Of a DNA stretch of 64,000 nt, positions 12,385-24,500 are shown piece by piece. Source of the stretch: Mobula hypostoma (Eukaryota); the NCBI RefSeq assembly GCF_963921235.1, contig NC_086101.1, positions 11,596,001 through 11,660,000 of the forward strand, written 5' to 3'. Every line of letters begins with the position of its first letter. The first letter of the stretch is position 1. The notes beneath the pieces were generated by a model. It was not told the origin of the DNA, ran no database searches, and was given only the letters and a program-made list of their open reading frames with translations. The position numbers and the translations under genes were made by a program.

Positions 12385-14185
12385 GGGTATATGAACTTGA
12401 TGTCGCTTTCCCTCACTTCTACAGGCTGTATGTCCATCTCCTGAGTAAATACAGATGCAAAAAAATATATGATCTCCCCCTTTTCATTTGGCTCCACACA
12501 TCGATTACCATTCTGATCTGCCAGAGGATCTATTTTGTCCCTTGCAATACTATTGATCTTAACATACCTGTAGAATCCCTTTCGATTTTATTTCACCTTG
12601 CCCACTAGAGCAACTTCATGCTTCCTTTTAGCCATCCTAATTACTTTCTTATCTAGCATTTCTTACACAATACTCATAAGTATCTCATTTGTTCCTGACG
12701 AAGGGTCTCGGCCCGAAACGTCAACTGTACCTCTCCCTAGAGATGCTGCCTGGCCTGCTGTGTTCACCAGCAACTTTGATGTGTGTTGCTGTCATTTGTT
12801 CCTACCTGCCTTTACCTGCTATGCACCTCCTTTTATTATTTTTTTTAAAACAGGGTCTCAGCAATCAAGGTTTCCAGATGTTCCCAGGGTTCTTTACCTT
12901 TTATTCTGACAGACACATACAAGAATCTTACTTTCAAAATTTCACTTTTGAAGGCCTCCCACTTACAGGTATACTTCTGCCAGAAAACAGCCCGTCCCAG
13001 TCCACACTTGCCAGATCCTTTCTGATACCATCAAAAGTGGCCTTTCTCCAATTTAAAATCTCAACCCATGGACTAAATCTATCTTTCGGTATACTGACTT
13101 TGAAACTAATGGCATTGTGATCACTGGATGCAACGTGTTCCCCTACACAAACTTCTGTCACCTGCCCTGTCTCATTCCCTAATAGCTGAGCAAGTAGTGC
13201 ACACTCTCTCATTGGGACTTCTACATTCTGATTAAGGAAACTTTCTTGAACACATCTGACAAACTCTATCCCATCTAGTTCTTTTACAATATGGGAGTCC
13301 CAGTCAATATGTGGAAAGTTAAAATCACCTCCCATAACAACCTCAGGTTTCTTGTAACAGTCTACAATCTGGCTGCATATTTTTTCCTCTAAGTCCCATG
13401 GACTGTTAGGTGGTCTGTAATATCGCCTCATTAATGTGGTCATACCTTTCTTATTTCTCAGTTCCACCCATAATGCTCACTGCACAAGTTCTCTAGTCTG
13501 TCCTGACTGACCTCTGCCCTTTAACTTAGCAGTTACTCATTGAACTCACTTTGCAGAACCTCATCACTCATCCTACACATGTCATTGGTACCTATATACG
13601 TAGACCTGCTGTTCACGCTCCCACTTAAGAATGCTGAGAACTGAATCTGAGATGTCCCAGATCCTGCCACCCAGGAGGCAACATATCACCCGGGAATCTT
13701 GTTCTCGTTCACAGAACCTCCTTTCTGTTTCCTGAACTAAAGAAGGGAAGGGGCTCACTTCTTCTCCCCCCCCCCCTCACCTTCCCTTCTCAGTTGCAGA
13801 GTCAGACTCAGTGCCAGAGACCTGACTGCTGTGATGTTCCTCAGCTAGGTTACCATCCCACCCAACAGTATCCAGACTGGTACGCCTGTTGTCGGGGGGG
13901 AATGGACACAGGGGTACTCCGCACTGGCTTTTTAGCCTCTTTCCCCTTCCTGACTGTCACTCATTATCCTGTATATGCAGCTTGGGTGTAACTATCTCTC
14001 TATATGTCCTGTCTATCACCACTTTAGCCTCCTGAAAGATCCGGAGTTCATCCAGTTCCAACTCCAACTCCTTAACGTGGAGTGTTAGAAGCTGCAGCTG
14101 GATGCACTTCTCACAGGTACAGTCATCAGGGAGACTGGCGCTATCCCTGCCTTCCCACATCCTGCAAGAGGAGCATTCCACTATC
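12385..14185 (-). mobile_element. CR1 LINE 5' portion (ORF1 zinc finger/leucine zipper plus APE endonuclease)
   Basis: ECSSCRMWE...CTCEKCIQLQLL...KELELELDELR; YYRPPNS, GDFNFPHIDW, SSDHNAISF. Confidence 0.85.
12695..12791 (+). mobile_element. About 97-bp Penelope pLTR/hammerhead mini-insertion inside CR1
   Basis: Starts at CTGACGA; direct repeat TCATTTGTTCCT at 12685-12696 and 12792-12803, overlapping the element start. Confidence 0.8.
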
Positions 14186-14464
14186 CTGCCTGACGTCCCT
14201 ACTCTTCCAACTGAGCAAATAAAAGGAGGAAGAGCAATAAACTGTGAGAGTGGGCAAATTCCACCCACAGCACTTGTGTTTTCTCTGATAGCTAATGCCT
14301 CAAAAACCTCACAATAATGTCCGCTCTGCTCTACTTTTGTCTGTTCTTGCCAATCAATCCTAAGTGCCGAATGGCCACTGCTCAAAATCAAACTGCCTTT
14401 TCATGAATCTGAGTGAACTACGTCTCCTCAGGCTTCCAACCTCCATCTGGCTGTTCCTTAAAGC

Positions 14465-14925
14465 CTGGATAGCCTCCAACCTGATGACATGAATGTAAGT
14501 TTCTCTAATTTCTTACCTCTTCTTCCCCCTCCCGCCTTCACTCTTTTCCCATTCACCATTCTCGCTCCCTTCTGACCGCTTCTTGTCTACTTACTTGACT
14601 ATCACCTCCCTCTGGGCGCCTCCTCTTTCCCTTTCTCCAGTGGTCTATTCTCCTTTCCTATCAGATCCCTTCTTTTTCAGCCAATCCCCTATCAACAACC
14701 TATCACGTCCCAACTTCTCATTTCATTCCTCCCCCCCCCACCCCCACCACCACACTTTCAGCTCACCTGGTTTCACCTGACACCTGCCAGCTCGTACTCC
14801 TTCCCCCTCACCCACCTTTTTATTCTGTCTTCTGCCCCCACCCCCCCCGCGTCCAGTCCCGATGAAGGGTCTCAGACTGACACGTTGGCTATTTAATTCT
14901 TCACCATGAAGCTCGTTGACCTGCT
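14465..14925 (+). mobile_element. Older Penelope-like 3' end with degenerate hammerhead (~14855-14890)
   Basis: QPDDMNVSFSNF-like ORF end, pyrimidine-rich UTR, CAGTCCCGATGAAGGGTCTC. Confidence 0.65.
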
Positions 14926-15241
14926 GATTTTAGGATTGCGAGATCTCCCATCCCCCACTGCATCCTGTGCCTACAAAGTGGCACCAAATTCTCCTCCCAG
15001 CCAGATTCACGAAGTTCATCACTACGGCCAGTTGCCCCAAGCCAGGATGACTTTGAGATGCTGGGCAAAAGCACCCGGTCACAGGAAGGACGTACAGATG
15101 TCACGCCGGAGTCAGGGTCGAACCGCCAGGTGCTGACTGGAGTTGAGACTCGGCAGCAATCCCTGCGGCGTCACTGTGCTGCCCTCTCATTACAGAAACG
15201 CACCCACCCAAGGTCGGGAAATCAGAACTGGTCAGCCTTAC

Positions 15242-15337
15242 CCGAACTCCAGATATCTTCCGTTTCTGTTGCTGCTCCATCTCTCTGAAAGCTTGTTGCC
15301 TTTTCATGAGAGTTTCTATGGCCGATTTAAAGTGATT
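15242..15337 (-). CDS. TRIM-A exon 2 (coiled coil), 96 bp
   Basis: cccAG|AAT CAC TTT...GTT CGG|GTaagg; NHFKSAIETLMKRQQAFREMEQQQKRKISGVR. Confidence 0.9.
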
Positions 15338-15420
15338 CTGGGATTGGGTTTGAGAATCAGAAAGTTAGATGACAATGACGCAACGAAATAGTCTGGGGAT
15401 CAAAATCTGTTTGCTTTTAC

Positions 15421-15831
15421 CTTGTAGTTTTTAGCAGCTTCTTTGATCGGCAGGAAGCGATGTTCTCTGTGCTCCCGCGCGTCTCTACAGACCAGACAGA
15501 TCAGTGTCTTGTCCGTTTCACAGAACAGCTTCAGTTCTTCATCATGCTCTTCACAGTCAAGTTTACTTTCTTTCTTATTAAGATTCAAGGGTCGCTTACG
15601 AGCTTTCTCAGCCAGTCTTGTTAAAACCCAGTTTATCCTGAGGGTCCGGTTCGCAAATTCTTCTCCACATTCTGGACAGTAGTTTCTCTCCTTCCTTTTC
15701 CAAAACCGTGTGATACACGAGCGGCAGAAGTTATGCTGACACGGCAGTGTCACCGGATCGGTGAAATATTCCAGGCAGATGCGACAAATTACTTCGTCGG
15801 TCCAACTTCCGTGCTGATCGGTTGAAGCCAT
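15421..15831 (-). CDS. TRIM-A exon 1: C3HC4 RING plus B-box2 (TRIM39/A33/nuclear factor 7-like E3 ligase)
   Basis: ATG at 15831; CRIC...[10 protein letters not shown]...CPEC RING; CEEH...[13 protein letters not shown]...HREH B-box; donor AAG|GTaaaa. Confidence 0.95.
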
Positions 15832-15965
15832 TTTTAATAACTCCCACTTCCCGATTCGAAAATCGTTCCGTTTACTTTCAGGGCGGTGCTGAAACGCTGC
15901 GGTACCGCGGCTGTCCGCTGCATTCTCCGGAAATGCACGTTACTTCGCTGCCGGAGTTCAGGGTG
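15832..15965 (-). promoter_or_regulatory. CpG-rich 5' region / putative promoter of TRIM-A
   Basis: Local CpG enrichment directly upstream of the ATG; IRF-like GAAAGTAAAC and STAT-like TTCCGGAGAA on the minus strand. Confidence 0.4.
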
Positions 15966-16299
15966 AAGTTCTTGGCTTTTCTTAACTAATCCCACAGGAC
16001 TGAGAAGCATTAGTTTCCAGATCAGGCTTACAAGATACCAGACAACCCCGAATATAAAGGGGCAAAGAAAACCTCGGGCAATCTAAGGAGGACATAAAAA
16101 CGAAAGAAAATAAGAGCGGGAATGGGCCACTGTCCCGCCGCTAACTATGTTGCAGATTGATCTCTGCTGGCCTTACTCCGCTTCTGTGTCACAATTCCTC
16201 GACCTTTCAAATAATCATCTACCTTCATTGAGGTAGTATAATATTAAATAAAAGGGAAGCGGTGGGAACCAGACCCGCTCGTAGCCATCCTTAGAGCAA

Positions 16300-16705
16300 C
16301 AAGCTCACTATCTTCAGACAAAAGTATGAAAAAATGGCTGTATTGTTTGGAATGGTGATTGCTAAGAAGTTAATCCTGCAAATGTGGAAGATGGACTCTG
16401 TGCCTACGTACGATCTGTGGCTGAGAGAACTTCACATTTGGAGAGACTGAGACTACGTAATGAGGACAGAGGGGGTATCTTTGAAAGGATATGGGGCCCT
16501 GTATGGGACTTTCTTACGGGGTGAGCACTGAGGTTTTTTGATGCGGTGCACCTCTCCTGTGTATGTTTACTTTTGCCTTTATATTTTTCTCCCTTTTGCT
16601 GCTCAATATTTAATTTGATTTTGTTAAGGTCGTGGTTTTTGTGGATGTGATGTGTTTTTGTTGTTTTTTTGTTTGTAATAAAAAATAAAAATATATTAAA
16701 AAAAT
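16300..16705 (+). mobile_element. L1/Tx1-type LINE 3' end
   Basis: FGMVIAKKLILQMWKMDSVPTYDLWLREL...IFERIWGPVWDFL ORF2 C-terminus, then T-rich UTR, AATAAA and A-rich tail. Confidence 0.75.
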
Positions 16706-16769
16706 TAAACAATAGTAATGCAGAATACACGTTGATAGAAGGAATAAGCAATGGGATTTTCTAACTGGA

Positions 16770-17655
16770 GAGTAAATTCACAAATCGGATGTGCAAACGG
16801 ACCTGGCAGTGCAAGATTCCTTAAAGGTTAACTTGCAGGTTGAGTCAGTGGTAAGGAAGGCAGATACAATGTTAGCATTCACTTTAAGAATCCGAGAATA
16901 TAAAGCAAGGATGTAATTCTGAGGCTTTATAAGGTATTGGTCGGACCGCATTTGGATTATTGTGATCAGTTTTATAGAACAAAGGACACTGTACAAGCCC
17001 TTCGGCGCACGAAATGTGCAGACATTTAACCTGCTCTAAGATCAATCTAACCCGTAACCTCTGCTTTTCTGTCATCTACGTGCCTATCTAATAGCTTCTT
17101 AAATGCCCCTAATGTATTTGCCTTAGCCATCACCGCTAACAGTTCATTCGGCGCAATCACCACTCTCTCTGTTAAAACATAACGTCGTTTGGGTCTCTCA
17201 TCTAAGAATGGATGTGTGTGCTCTCATTGGATAGGGTCCAGAGGAACGTATGAGGAGAGTTTGATGGCTCTAGGCCTGTACGTGCTGGTATTCATAAGAA
17301 CGAGGATGTACCGCATTGAAACCTACTGAATATTGAAAGGTAGAGTGGATGTGCAGAAGATGTTTCCAATAGCGAGAGTCTAGGACTGGGAATACAAAGA
17401 CGGCCCTTGGAACAGATATGAGGAATTTCTTCAGCGAGAGAGCGGTTAATCTGTAGAAGTCATTGCCACAGACCGCTGTTAAGGCCAAGTAACTACCTAT
17501 ATTTAAAGCAGAGGCTGATGGGTTCTCGATTAGTAAGGGCATCTACGGAGAGAGTCAGGAGAATGAGGTCGAGAAGGGTAATAAATCATCACTAATTGAA
17601 TGGTGGAGCGTGCTGAAAGGACCGTATGGCGTAATTCTGCTCCTATGTTTTAACG
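16770..17655 (+). mobile_element. Degraded CR1 3' fragments
   Basis: LAF..R..EYK, RLYKVLVGPHLDYC, RNFFSERAVNL-like motifs. Confidence 0.7.
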
Positions 17656-17924
17656 TCTTAATGTTTTAAAGTGTAAAAACGATAAAGTGCAAACCATAAC
17701 GAGGTAGATTGCGAGGTGAAGGGTCTATCTTATCTTACAAACGGTTCTTCAAGACTCCGATTATCATGGGATAGAAGCTGTCTTTGAGCTTCGTGGTACA
17801 TGCCTGAAGACTTTTGTATCTTCTGTCCGATGGGAGAAGGAGGAACATCCAGGGTAGATAAAGGTATTTAAATATGATTTAAATTGGGAGATTTAAATAA
17901 ATACATAAAAGCGCCGAAAAACAT

Positions 17925-18570
17925 TATGGGGCCTTCAGTCAGTCAGTGGGTGCCGACCCGAATCCGGAGTTGGCGGCTATGCACCTCCATCTTCTTCGAT
18001 CTTGCCCTCTTTTTCTGGTCTCAGCATAGTCCATTGCCTCACATTATTGTACTAAGTGGTTCGCTGCCTTCCTCTTTCCCTCTATCATCCCTTCCAATAA
18101 CAATTTCTGCAGTCCACCACCTCTTAAAAAGTGCCCGGCATATTCCAGCTTCCTTTTCTGCACATTCTTCAGCAACTCTTTTTCTCTCCTCGCTCTCTTC
18201 AACACTTCCATATTACTGACCTTCGTCACCCATCTAATTTTCTGTATTCTTCTTATACACCACATTTCAAATGCCTCCAGTCGTCATTGCGCTTCCTGGC
18301 ACAAGATCCACGATTCGACTCCATGCAACAGACTGCTCCAGTCGTAGCCATTTCCAAATTCTACAACACAGCCCAAAGTCCAACCTCTGGCCACACAGCA
18401 CGTCACTCAGGCTCCAGAACGTTGATCTTGTAATCTCAATTCTTCGTGTAATTTCTGTATTATATTTCCCATCCTCTGTGACCATCTGTCCCAAATACAC
18501 AAACTTCTTGACTTGCTCTATGCCTACGCCGTTAATTTTGATACTGATTTTGGGCCTTAAGGAGCTTTAA
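17925..18570 (-). mobile_element. RTE-clade LINE 3' fragment
   Basis: YLGQMVTEDGKYNTEITRRI; MWCIRRIQKIRWVTKVSNMEVL...LLLEGMIEGKR. Confidence 0.85.
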
Positions 18571-19013
18571 TTTTGCTTGTTCCATCTTCCCCACGGTTCA
18601 GCGATTCTCTCTTGTCCAATTAATTAATAAATCACTGTTGGACAGTGATCGTGAAATCCATTTACGGCAGAGCATCGCTGCCCGGGGGACAAGAATTTCA
18701 CGCATTATTGGTGGGGGGAGTCTTTTCAGACAAATTCCTCCCAATTTCCGCTTGGGAATTGTCATGTTAACTGTTTATTAACGCTTTTTGACATCAAGGC
18801 AATTGGTTTTCCGAAAGCTTATTAACGGTCTCCATATGGTTAAAGTTAAAGATAAAATGAACCGGCTGCTGATATTAAATCTCGTAATTAATCCCGTGTT
18901 ACGAGCAAAATTGGAGCACCAATCCCCCAAAAGATGCTATTGGTGCATTGAGCGGTTGGTTACATTTACGTCGCCTAATATAAATTGACCAATAGAGGGG
19001 AGAAATCAACTGG

Positions 19014-19068
19014 TGGCGGTAATGCACCATTAAGCTGGATACCAACCGCCGTAAAACAAGATACAGAC
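19014..19068 (+). mobile_element. Isolated I/Nimb-group LINE 3' terminus
   Basis: GGCGGTAATGCACC...CCAACCGCC stem plus purine tail, similar to 21472-21530; flanked by 13-bp direct repeat AGAAATCAACTGG. Confidence 0.7.
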
Positions 19069-20594
19069 AGAAATCAACTGGGAGGAAGCCTAGGCCGATC
19101 GGAGGAGTTGTGACTGGAGAATGATGAAGAAGGAGAACATCAAGGAAAGAGCTAAGCTGTTGAAGGAAGTTTTTGGCAAGAGTGGAAGTGAACTAGAGAT
19201 GGACGTCCCGCCGAGGAACGGAATAGAAAGGGGAAGAAAAGAAAGCAGAGGTACGGGATATCAAACTCTGAGGAGTCAGCGGATGATCAAAACAGGACAG
19301 CAAAACAATGGAAGAAATTGAGATTAAAGCAATTATAAAAATAAGTGAAGACTTGGTGATTGGAACCCGATTCGTTTGACGAAGATGCTCAACAAAATTA
19401 TAGGCGAGATTAAAGGAGCAAAGATTTTATGAAATGGATCGCTATTAGTGATTTGTCGGGATAGTTCTCAGCAAGGTAAAGTGATAGGATTATGTAAAAT
19501 AGACGGCAAAGAAGTACAATGCTCAATACCCAACAATAGAAAGTGGACTAGAGGAGTTATTTTGGGGATACCAACAAAAGTTACTATGGATGAGATTAAA
19601 CAGAACATAAAAGGATCAAAAGTTATTGAGGCCATACGTTTGAAAGTCACAAGAAATGGGGGAAAAAGTTAATTGGTAATGATTAACTTTCATGTGAGAG
19701 ATTGCCGACTAACGTTTACTTAGGGTATATGTGTTATGCGGTTAGAATATATATACCACCGCCTTTAAGATGCTATAAATATCAGAAATTCGGGCACATT
19801 GCGGCGGTCTGCAGAGGAAAACAAAGATGTGGGCGATGCGTTGGAGAACATGAATATGGGAAATGTGAAGCGGGAGCTATGCTGAAATGCTGCAACTGTG
19901 GCGAGGAACACAGCGCAGCCTACCGAGGGTGCATTTATTGCAAGAAGGTAGCTGAGATACAATATGTAAAAGTAACTCAAGGAATCAGTTATGCAGAGGC
20001 AGTGAAAGAGAAGGATGTCAAGCAAACAAATACTGGGAATAATAAACTGGTGAATTGAGAGCAATAATATGAAAAATAAGGATACACTATTGAGTAGAAA
20101 GGATTTCATGCTTTTTATGGTGGATGCAATTAATTGTTCGGCGCAAACAAGCAAAAGAACTGAGAAAATTTAAATTGTCGTTAAGTCTACAGAAAAGTAT
20201 CTTTGTATTAAAGGGATTAGGTGGGAAGTAGTCAAAGAAACGCTGAATGGAGGATCCAACAGTTCACAGGCAGGGGAGATGGAATCTTAATAGCAGTATA
20301 TTTATCGCAAATGGTCAAGAATTTAAGAAATGTTTCAGAACTTCAGGATAGATTTTTATGGTTGAAGCCCAGGGCAAATGTGCAGAACTCCAACAACAAA
20401 TAGAAGTACCCGGCAAGAACAACGGTGAGTTGGAAAGAGATTGGAAAATGGAGGAAATTATTACAAGGATACAAAAGGAAAAGGAATTTGTTGCAAAGTG
20501 AATTATCTACATTTGGATTATAAAATGAAAACATGGAAGCAAATGAAGAAGAACTCCGAGGTCTCAGTAAACAACTGCAGGCTACGATCCAAGA

Positions 20595-20786
20595 GGGGTG
20601 TATGGGGTGTCAGGGAGGGGTAGCACCTCTGGTGGGGGAACATGTCGCGTCCTTTTCAGGGCGGTTAGTCCACCTTTGGTCCCCACCTGGCACTCAGCTC
20701 TCACCTGTGGCTCCCCGTAGCTGTTTGCATGCGACAGCGGCCACACCCCGGGCAACGGCTTCGACAAGCCGGCTAAACCAGGTGAG
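20595..20786 (+). ncRNA. HDV-like (delta-like) self-cleaving ribozyme fold
   Basis: P1 GGGGTGT/ACACCCC (20743-49); P2 CTCACCTG/CAGGTGAG; P3 GGC/GCC; L3 starts TCC; J1/4 GGGCAA; P4 CGGCTT-CGAC-AAGCCG; J4/2 GCTAA with C20773. Confidence 0.75.
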
Positions 20787-21157
20787 GGTAGCCGATGGGT
20801 CTCAAACTCTCGGTGTGATAGGGAGTTGTCTATCCCAGCATGTGAAGACTGACTCCGGCGGATTGAGCGGACGAGACCAACGGAAGGTTCAATGGTCAAG
20901 AAGGCAGTCTCTGCAAGCGTCGTGGAACGCGTAGAGCAGGACAAGACGCAGAAGGCGTCCTGGTTATCCACTCCGCCTAGTCCCATCTCCAGCCGTCTCG
21001 ACTCTGTCTTGCCACTGGACCCAGATGGGAATTAGGAAGAGAGAGTGAGGCTGACGCTGTGTAACTCTCCCTCACTTAAATTCAAATCACACGCTAGTCT
21101 CGGCACCATCATAATGGTGTCGAGGTCCTCATCGACATTGACGATGGACGAACAACA
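20595..21157 (+). mobile_element. Non-autonomous RTE-type short retroelement (5'-UTR-like head, (CAA)n tail)
   Basis: 8-bp TSD ATCCAAGA (20587-20594, 21158-21165); CpG-rich, ends GACGAACAACA; no recognisable ORF. Confidence 0.75.
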
Positions 21158-21540
21158 ATCCAAGAAAAGGAAAACCTGAAAAAGCAGATAGACTTGGAAA
21201 AACAGCAATTTTAAGAGTATAATGTGCGCTAATTACTATCCTCTAACAAGACGATTTTAGTCTTAAAAGTGATGTAGATGAAATCAATGTAATTGAGGTA
21301 ATGCAACTACTCGAAAATGTGACAAAATTAGGGAAGAATAGCAGTTTGCGGCATTATCTAATGAGCGCATTAAGGATTTATGAGGAATTGAGTGATGAGA
21401 ACTGCAGGCTGAACTAGATTGTCTAAAGTAGAGAACTCCAGGACATATTTGGTTGGAACACAAGTCTAGCAGGTGGCGGTAATGCACTGAAAACTAGTTG
21501 CCAAATGCCATCAAACGAAAGAGGAGGAGGAATCAACTGG

Positions 21541-24500
21541 GCGGGGGCGGGAGGGTGGAATCAGTGGTAATTGAGATGGGCTGTGTTGGTTGGCCGAGGG
21601 CTGGCTGCATGCTTCTTGGTTGTGGCTGGGCTGGGAGTTGGGGCCATTGAGTGGGAACTTTGGTGTGGAGGAACCTAGTAGTTTGGAAAGGGTTAGTTTG
21701 TACCCTATGGCTGCAAAAGGGAGGGGGGGTGACTGGAATACTCCAGAAGTAATGGTAGCCAAAAAAGGGGTGCATCAAGTGAAAGACCTGAAGTAATGGG
21801 GGACAACAAATTGAGGAAAATGGGTGAATTGGAGGAATTTATGGTTCTGTATAAAATTAAAGGTCGGAAGGAAGGGGAAAGAGGATTTAGAGCCCTTAAT
21901 CCTTTGAAAGTGGCAGCAGCATTAGAGAACCAAATGGGTAAAGGATTCCAGGCCAAGATTTTGTCTAATGGATTGCTGAAAATTTGTTGCAAAAATATTG
22001 ACCAATATAACAGTGCTAAAATGGTGGGAAAATTGGTTGGGAAAATGGAGTGTATTACTCCAAAGGAAGGGCATTAAGGAGGTAGTGTATGGTATTTGGT
22101 CTGGCATGACGGAAAAGGAAATTCTGGACAATATTAAAGGTGGTCGAGTGATTGAAGCCAAATGACTAAAATTGAGAGAAGGTGGTAATTGGGATTCCCC
22201 TGTTCTTGTTTTAGCAGGTGATGTTCTTCTAACTAGGGTCTACCTTGGGTGCATATCTTATCAAGTTAGAGAATACATTAAGCCTCCCTTACACTTATAA
22301 TTGCCAGAGATTTGGACATGTTGCTGGTTCATGTCGAGGTAAAAGAAGATATATGAAATGTGGAGAGGATCAGGATATTAAAGCATGTAAGGCAGCGGTA
22401 CCTAAATGCAGTAACTGTGGAGGGGACCATATAGTGGCGTTCAGAGGATGTGAGTATTTCAGTCAGGCAAAGCAGATTCAGGATGTTAATATCCAACAAA
22501 AATATCATGTGCTGAGGCAGTAAAGAAAGTTGATAGAGAGCAAAGGATAAGTAAAGAAAAGATTGGAATGATGGGGAGTCAGTTCCTTCTGAGTTCTCCA
22601 ACTATGGTTCCTTCAGGCATGTTGATGACTAGAGTTTTTTTTTGGTGTTTGTTGTTAATGTACTGGCCTGGACTAAAACTACAGCTAAGAGGACAGATGC
22701 GATAAAAAGCAGTTGTTGGAGCTGCAGAGAGATTCCTTGATATAAAACAGATTTCGCTGGAAAAATTCCATGAGTATATGACAGACAAACAATCACTGAA
22801 TACTTCCCAGTTGTTAGGATCAGAGTACGGAGGAGCTTCATGTGGATGAAGAGGCCAATAATTAGTATTTGGATGTTTTTTTAATATTACAATGGAATGC
22901 AAGAAGTTTATCTGCAAATAGTCAAGAATTTAAAAGATTTGTTGGCACTTTTAAAGACAAGCCTGATTTGATCTGTATACAGGAGACGTGGTTAAAGCCT
23001 CATTTAGATTTTGTGATCCCTGCATATGATAGTTTGAGAGCTGACAGAACAGGTAAATCTGGTGGAGGGTGTGCAACTTTCATAAAAACAGGAACTCCAG
23101 TTTAGAAGACTTGATTTTTAAATCTAACCTTGAAATTTTGGCTGTGGAGGTTTGGAGCTCTTGCGGTCAAATAACTGATTAACTTTTATAATCCAGGTAA
23201 TATGATATCAGATTTGGATGAAATTATGAATAAGGTAAAATACCCAGTAATCTGGGTTGGAGATTTCAATGCCCATAATCCTATATGGGGTAGTATAACC
23301 ATGTAACAATTACAGCACAGAAACAGGCCATCTCAGCCCTTGTCCATGCCGAACTCTTACCCTATCCTTGTCTCACTGACCTGCACTCAGCCCATAACCC
23401 TCCATTCCTTTCCTGTCCATATATCTATCAAAAAGTAAAAATAAATAGTGAATAGTGAAAGATAGTAATGGTGTGGTAGTACAGGAGTTTCTAGATAAAT
23501 ACAAACATAGTACTTGCTAAATGACAGAAGGCCTACAAGAATTAATATTGTAAAGAATACTTGTAGTCACTTAAATTTATCTATCACTTCCTCAAACTTG
23601 GGGGTTGGGGAATGGGATGTTATGGACAGATGCACACTAGGAAGTGATCACTATATTATGTCGATTTGGTAGAAATTTGATAGTAGAAGTTGGAGAGGTC
23701 TGCTAGGTATAATTTTTCTTTGGCCCATTGGGATGAGTACCAGGAGAAAGCTGTGGATATAATAGAAGAGATTAATAGCGAGGGCTCCATAGATGATTGG
23801 AATGAATCCCTCTTCTCTAATTCATAAAGTTGCTCAGTTGACTATTCTGCTACAGAATATTCCTAAGGCTCAAGCACTAGTTCCGTGGTGGAATAAAAAT
23901 TGTGATATAGCAGTAAGAAACAGAAATAGAGCTTACAGGAAATTAAGAAAGTACCCAGTGTTAGATAATGTTATGGAGTATAAAAAGGAAAGAGCAGTAG
24001 CAAGGAGAGTAATTAAAAATGCAAAGAGGGATAGTTAGAGAAGATTTTGTGGAACCCTGAGCCCTGAGACACCTATAAAGCAGCTATGGACGATCATTCA
24101 CAGAATGTCAGGGAAAACCATCTATCCCAGCTTTACTGGATGGAGATATTGAAGCTGTAACCAATAAGCAAAAGGCTGATATGTTTGTAGAGGTGTTCTA
24201 AGCGTTACACAGTTCTGGAGAGTTGGGTGATTTGAGAAAGGAAATGGTGTTAAAGGAAAGTTGGAAATTGGACAGGAGTTTGGATGATAATAGCTCCATA
24301 AATTTGTTTTCCTCCCTTTAGGAATTACAGGAAGCTGTCCAATCAGGTTCAAACACTTCTGGAAGCGATGGACTGTTATGAATTGCTTAAACATTTAGAT
24401 GACTCTGTATTAACAGAAATTCTAGCCTTGTTTAATTGTGTGGAAAGAAGGAAAATTACCAGTAGAATGGAAGCATGTGGTGGTAGTTCCAGTTTTAAAG

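Larger units (their letters stand above)
19083..21530 (+). mobile_element. I/Nimb-group LINE, internally deleted (ORF1 with CCHC knuckles plus 3' end)
   Basis: PPPLRCYKYQKFGHIAAVCRGKQRCGRCVGEH...CCNCGEEHSAAYRGC; 3' end AGGTGGCGGTAATGCAC...(GAG)n. Confidence 0.8.

Noticed and set aside
18930..19000. CCAAT-containing promoter-like stretch as a possible TRIM-B 5' end
   Set aside because: Short motifs only, more than 17 kb from TRIM-B, and no transcript evidence available.
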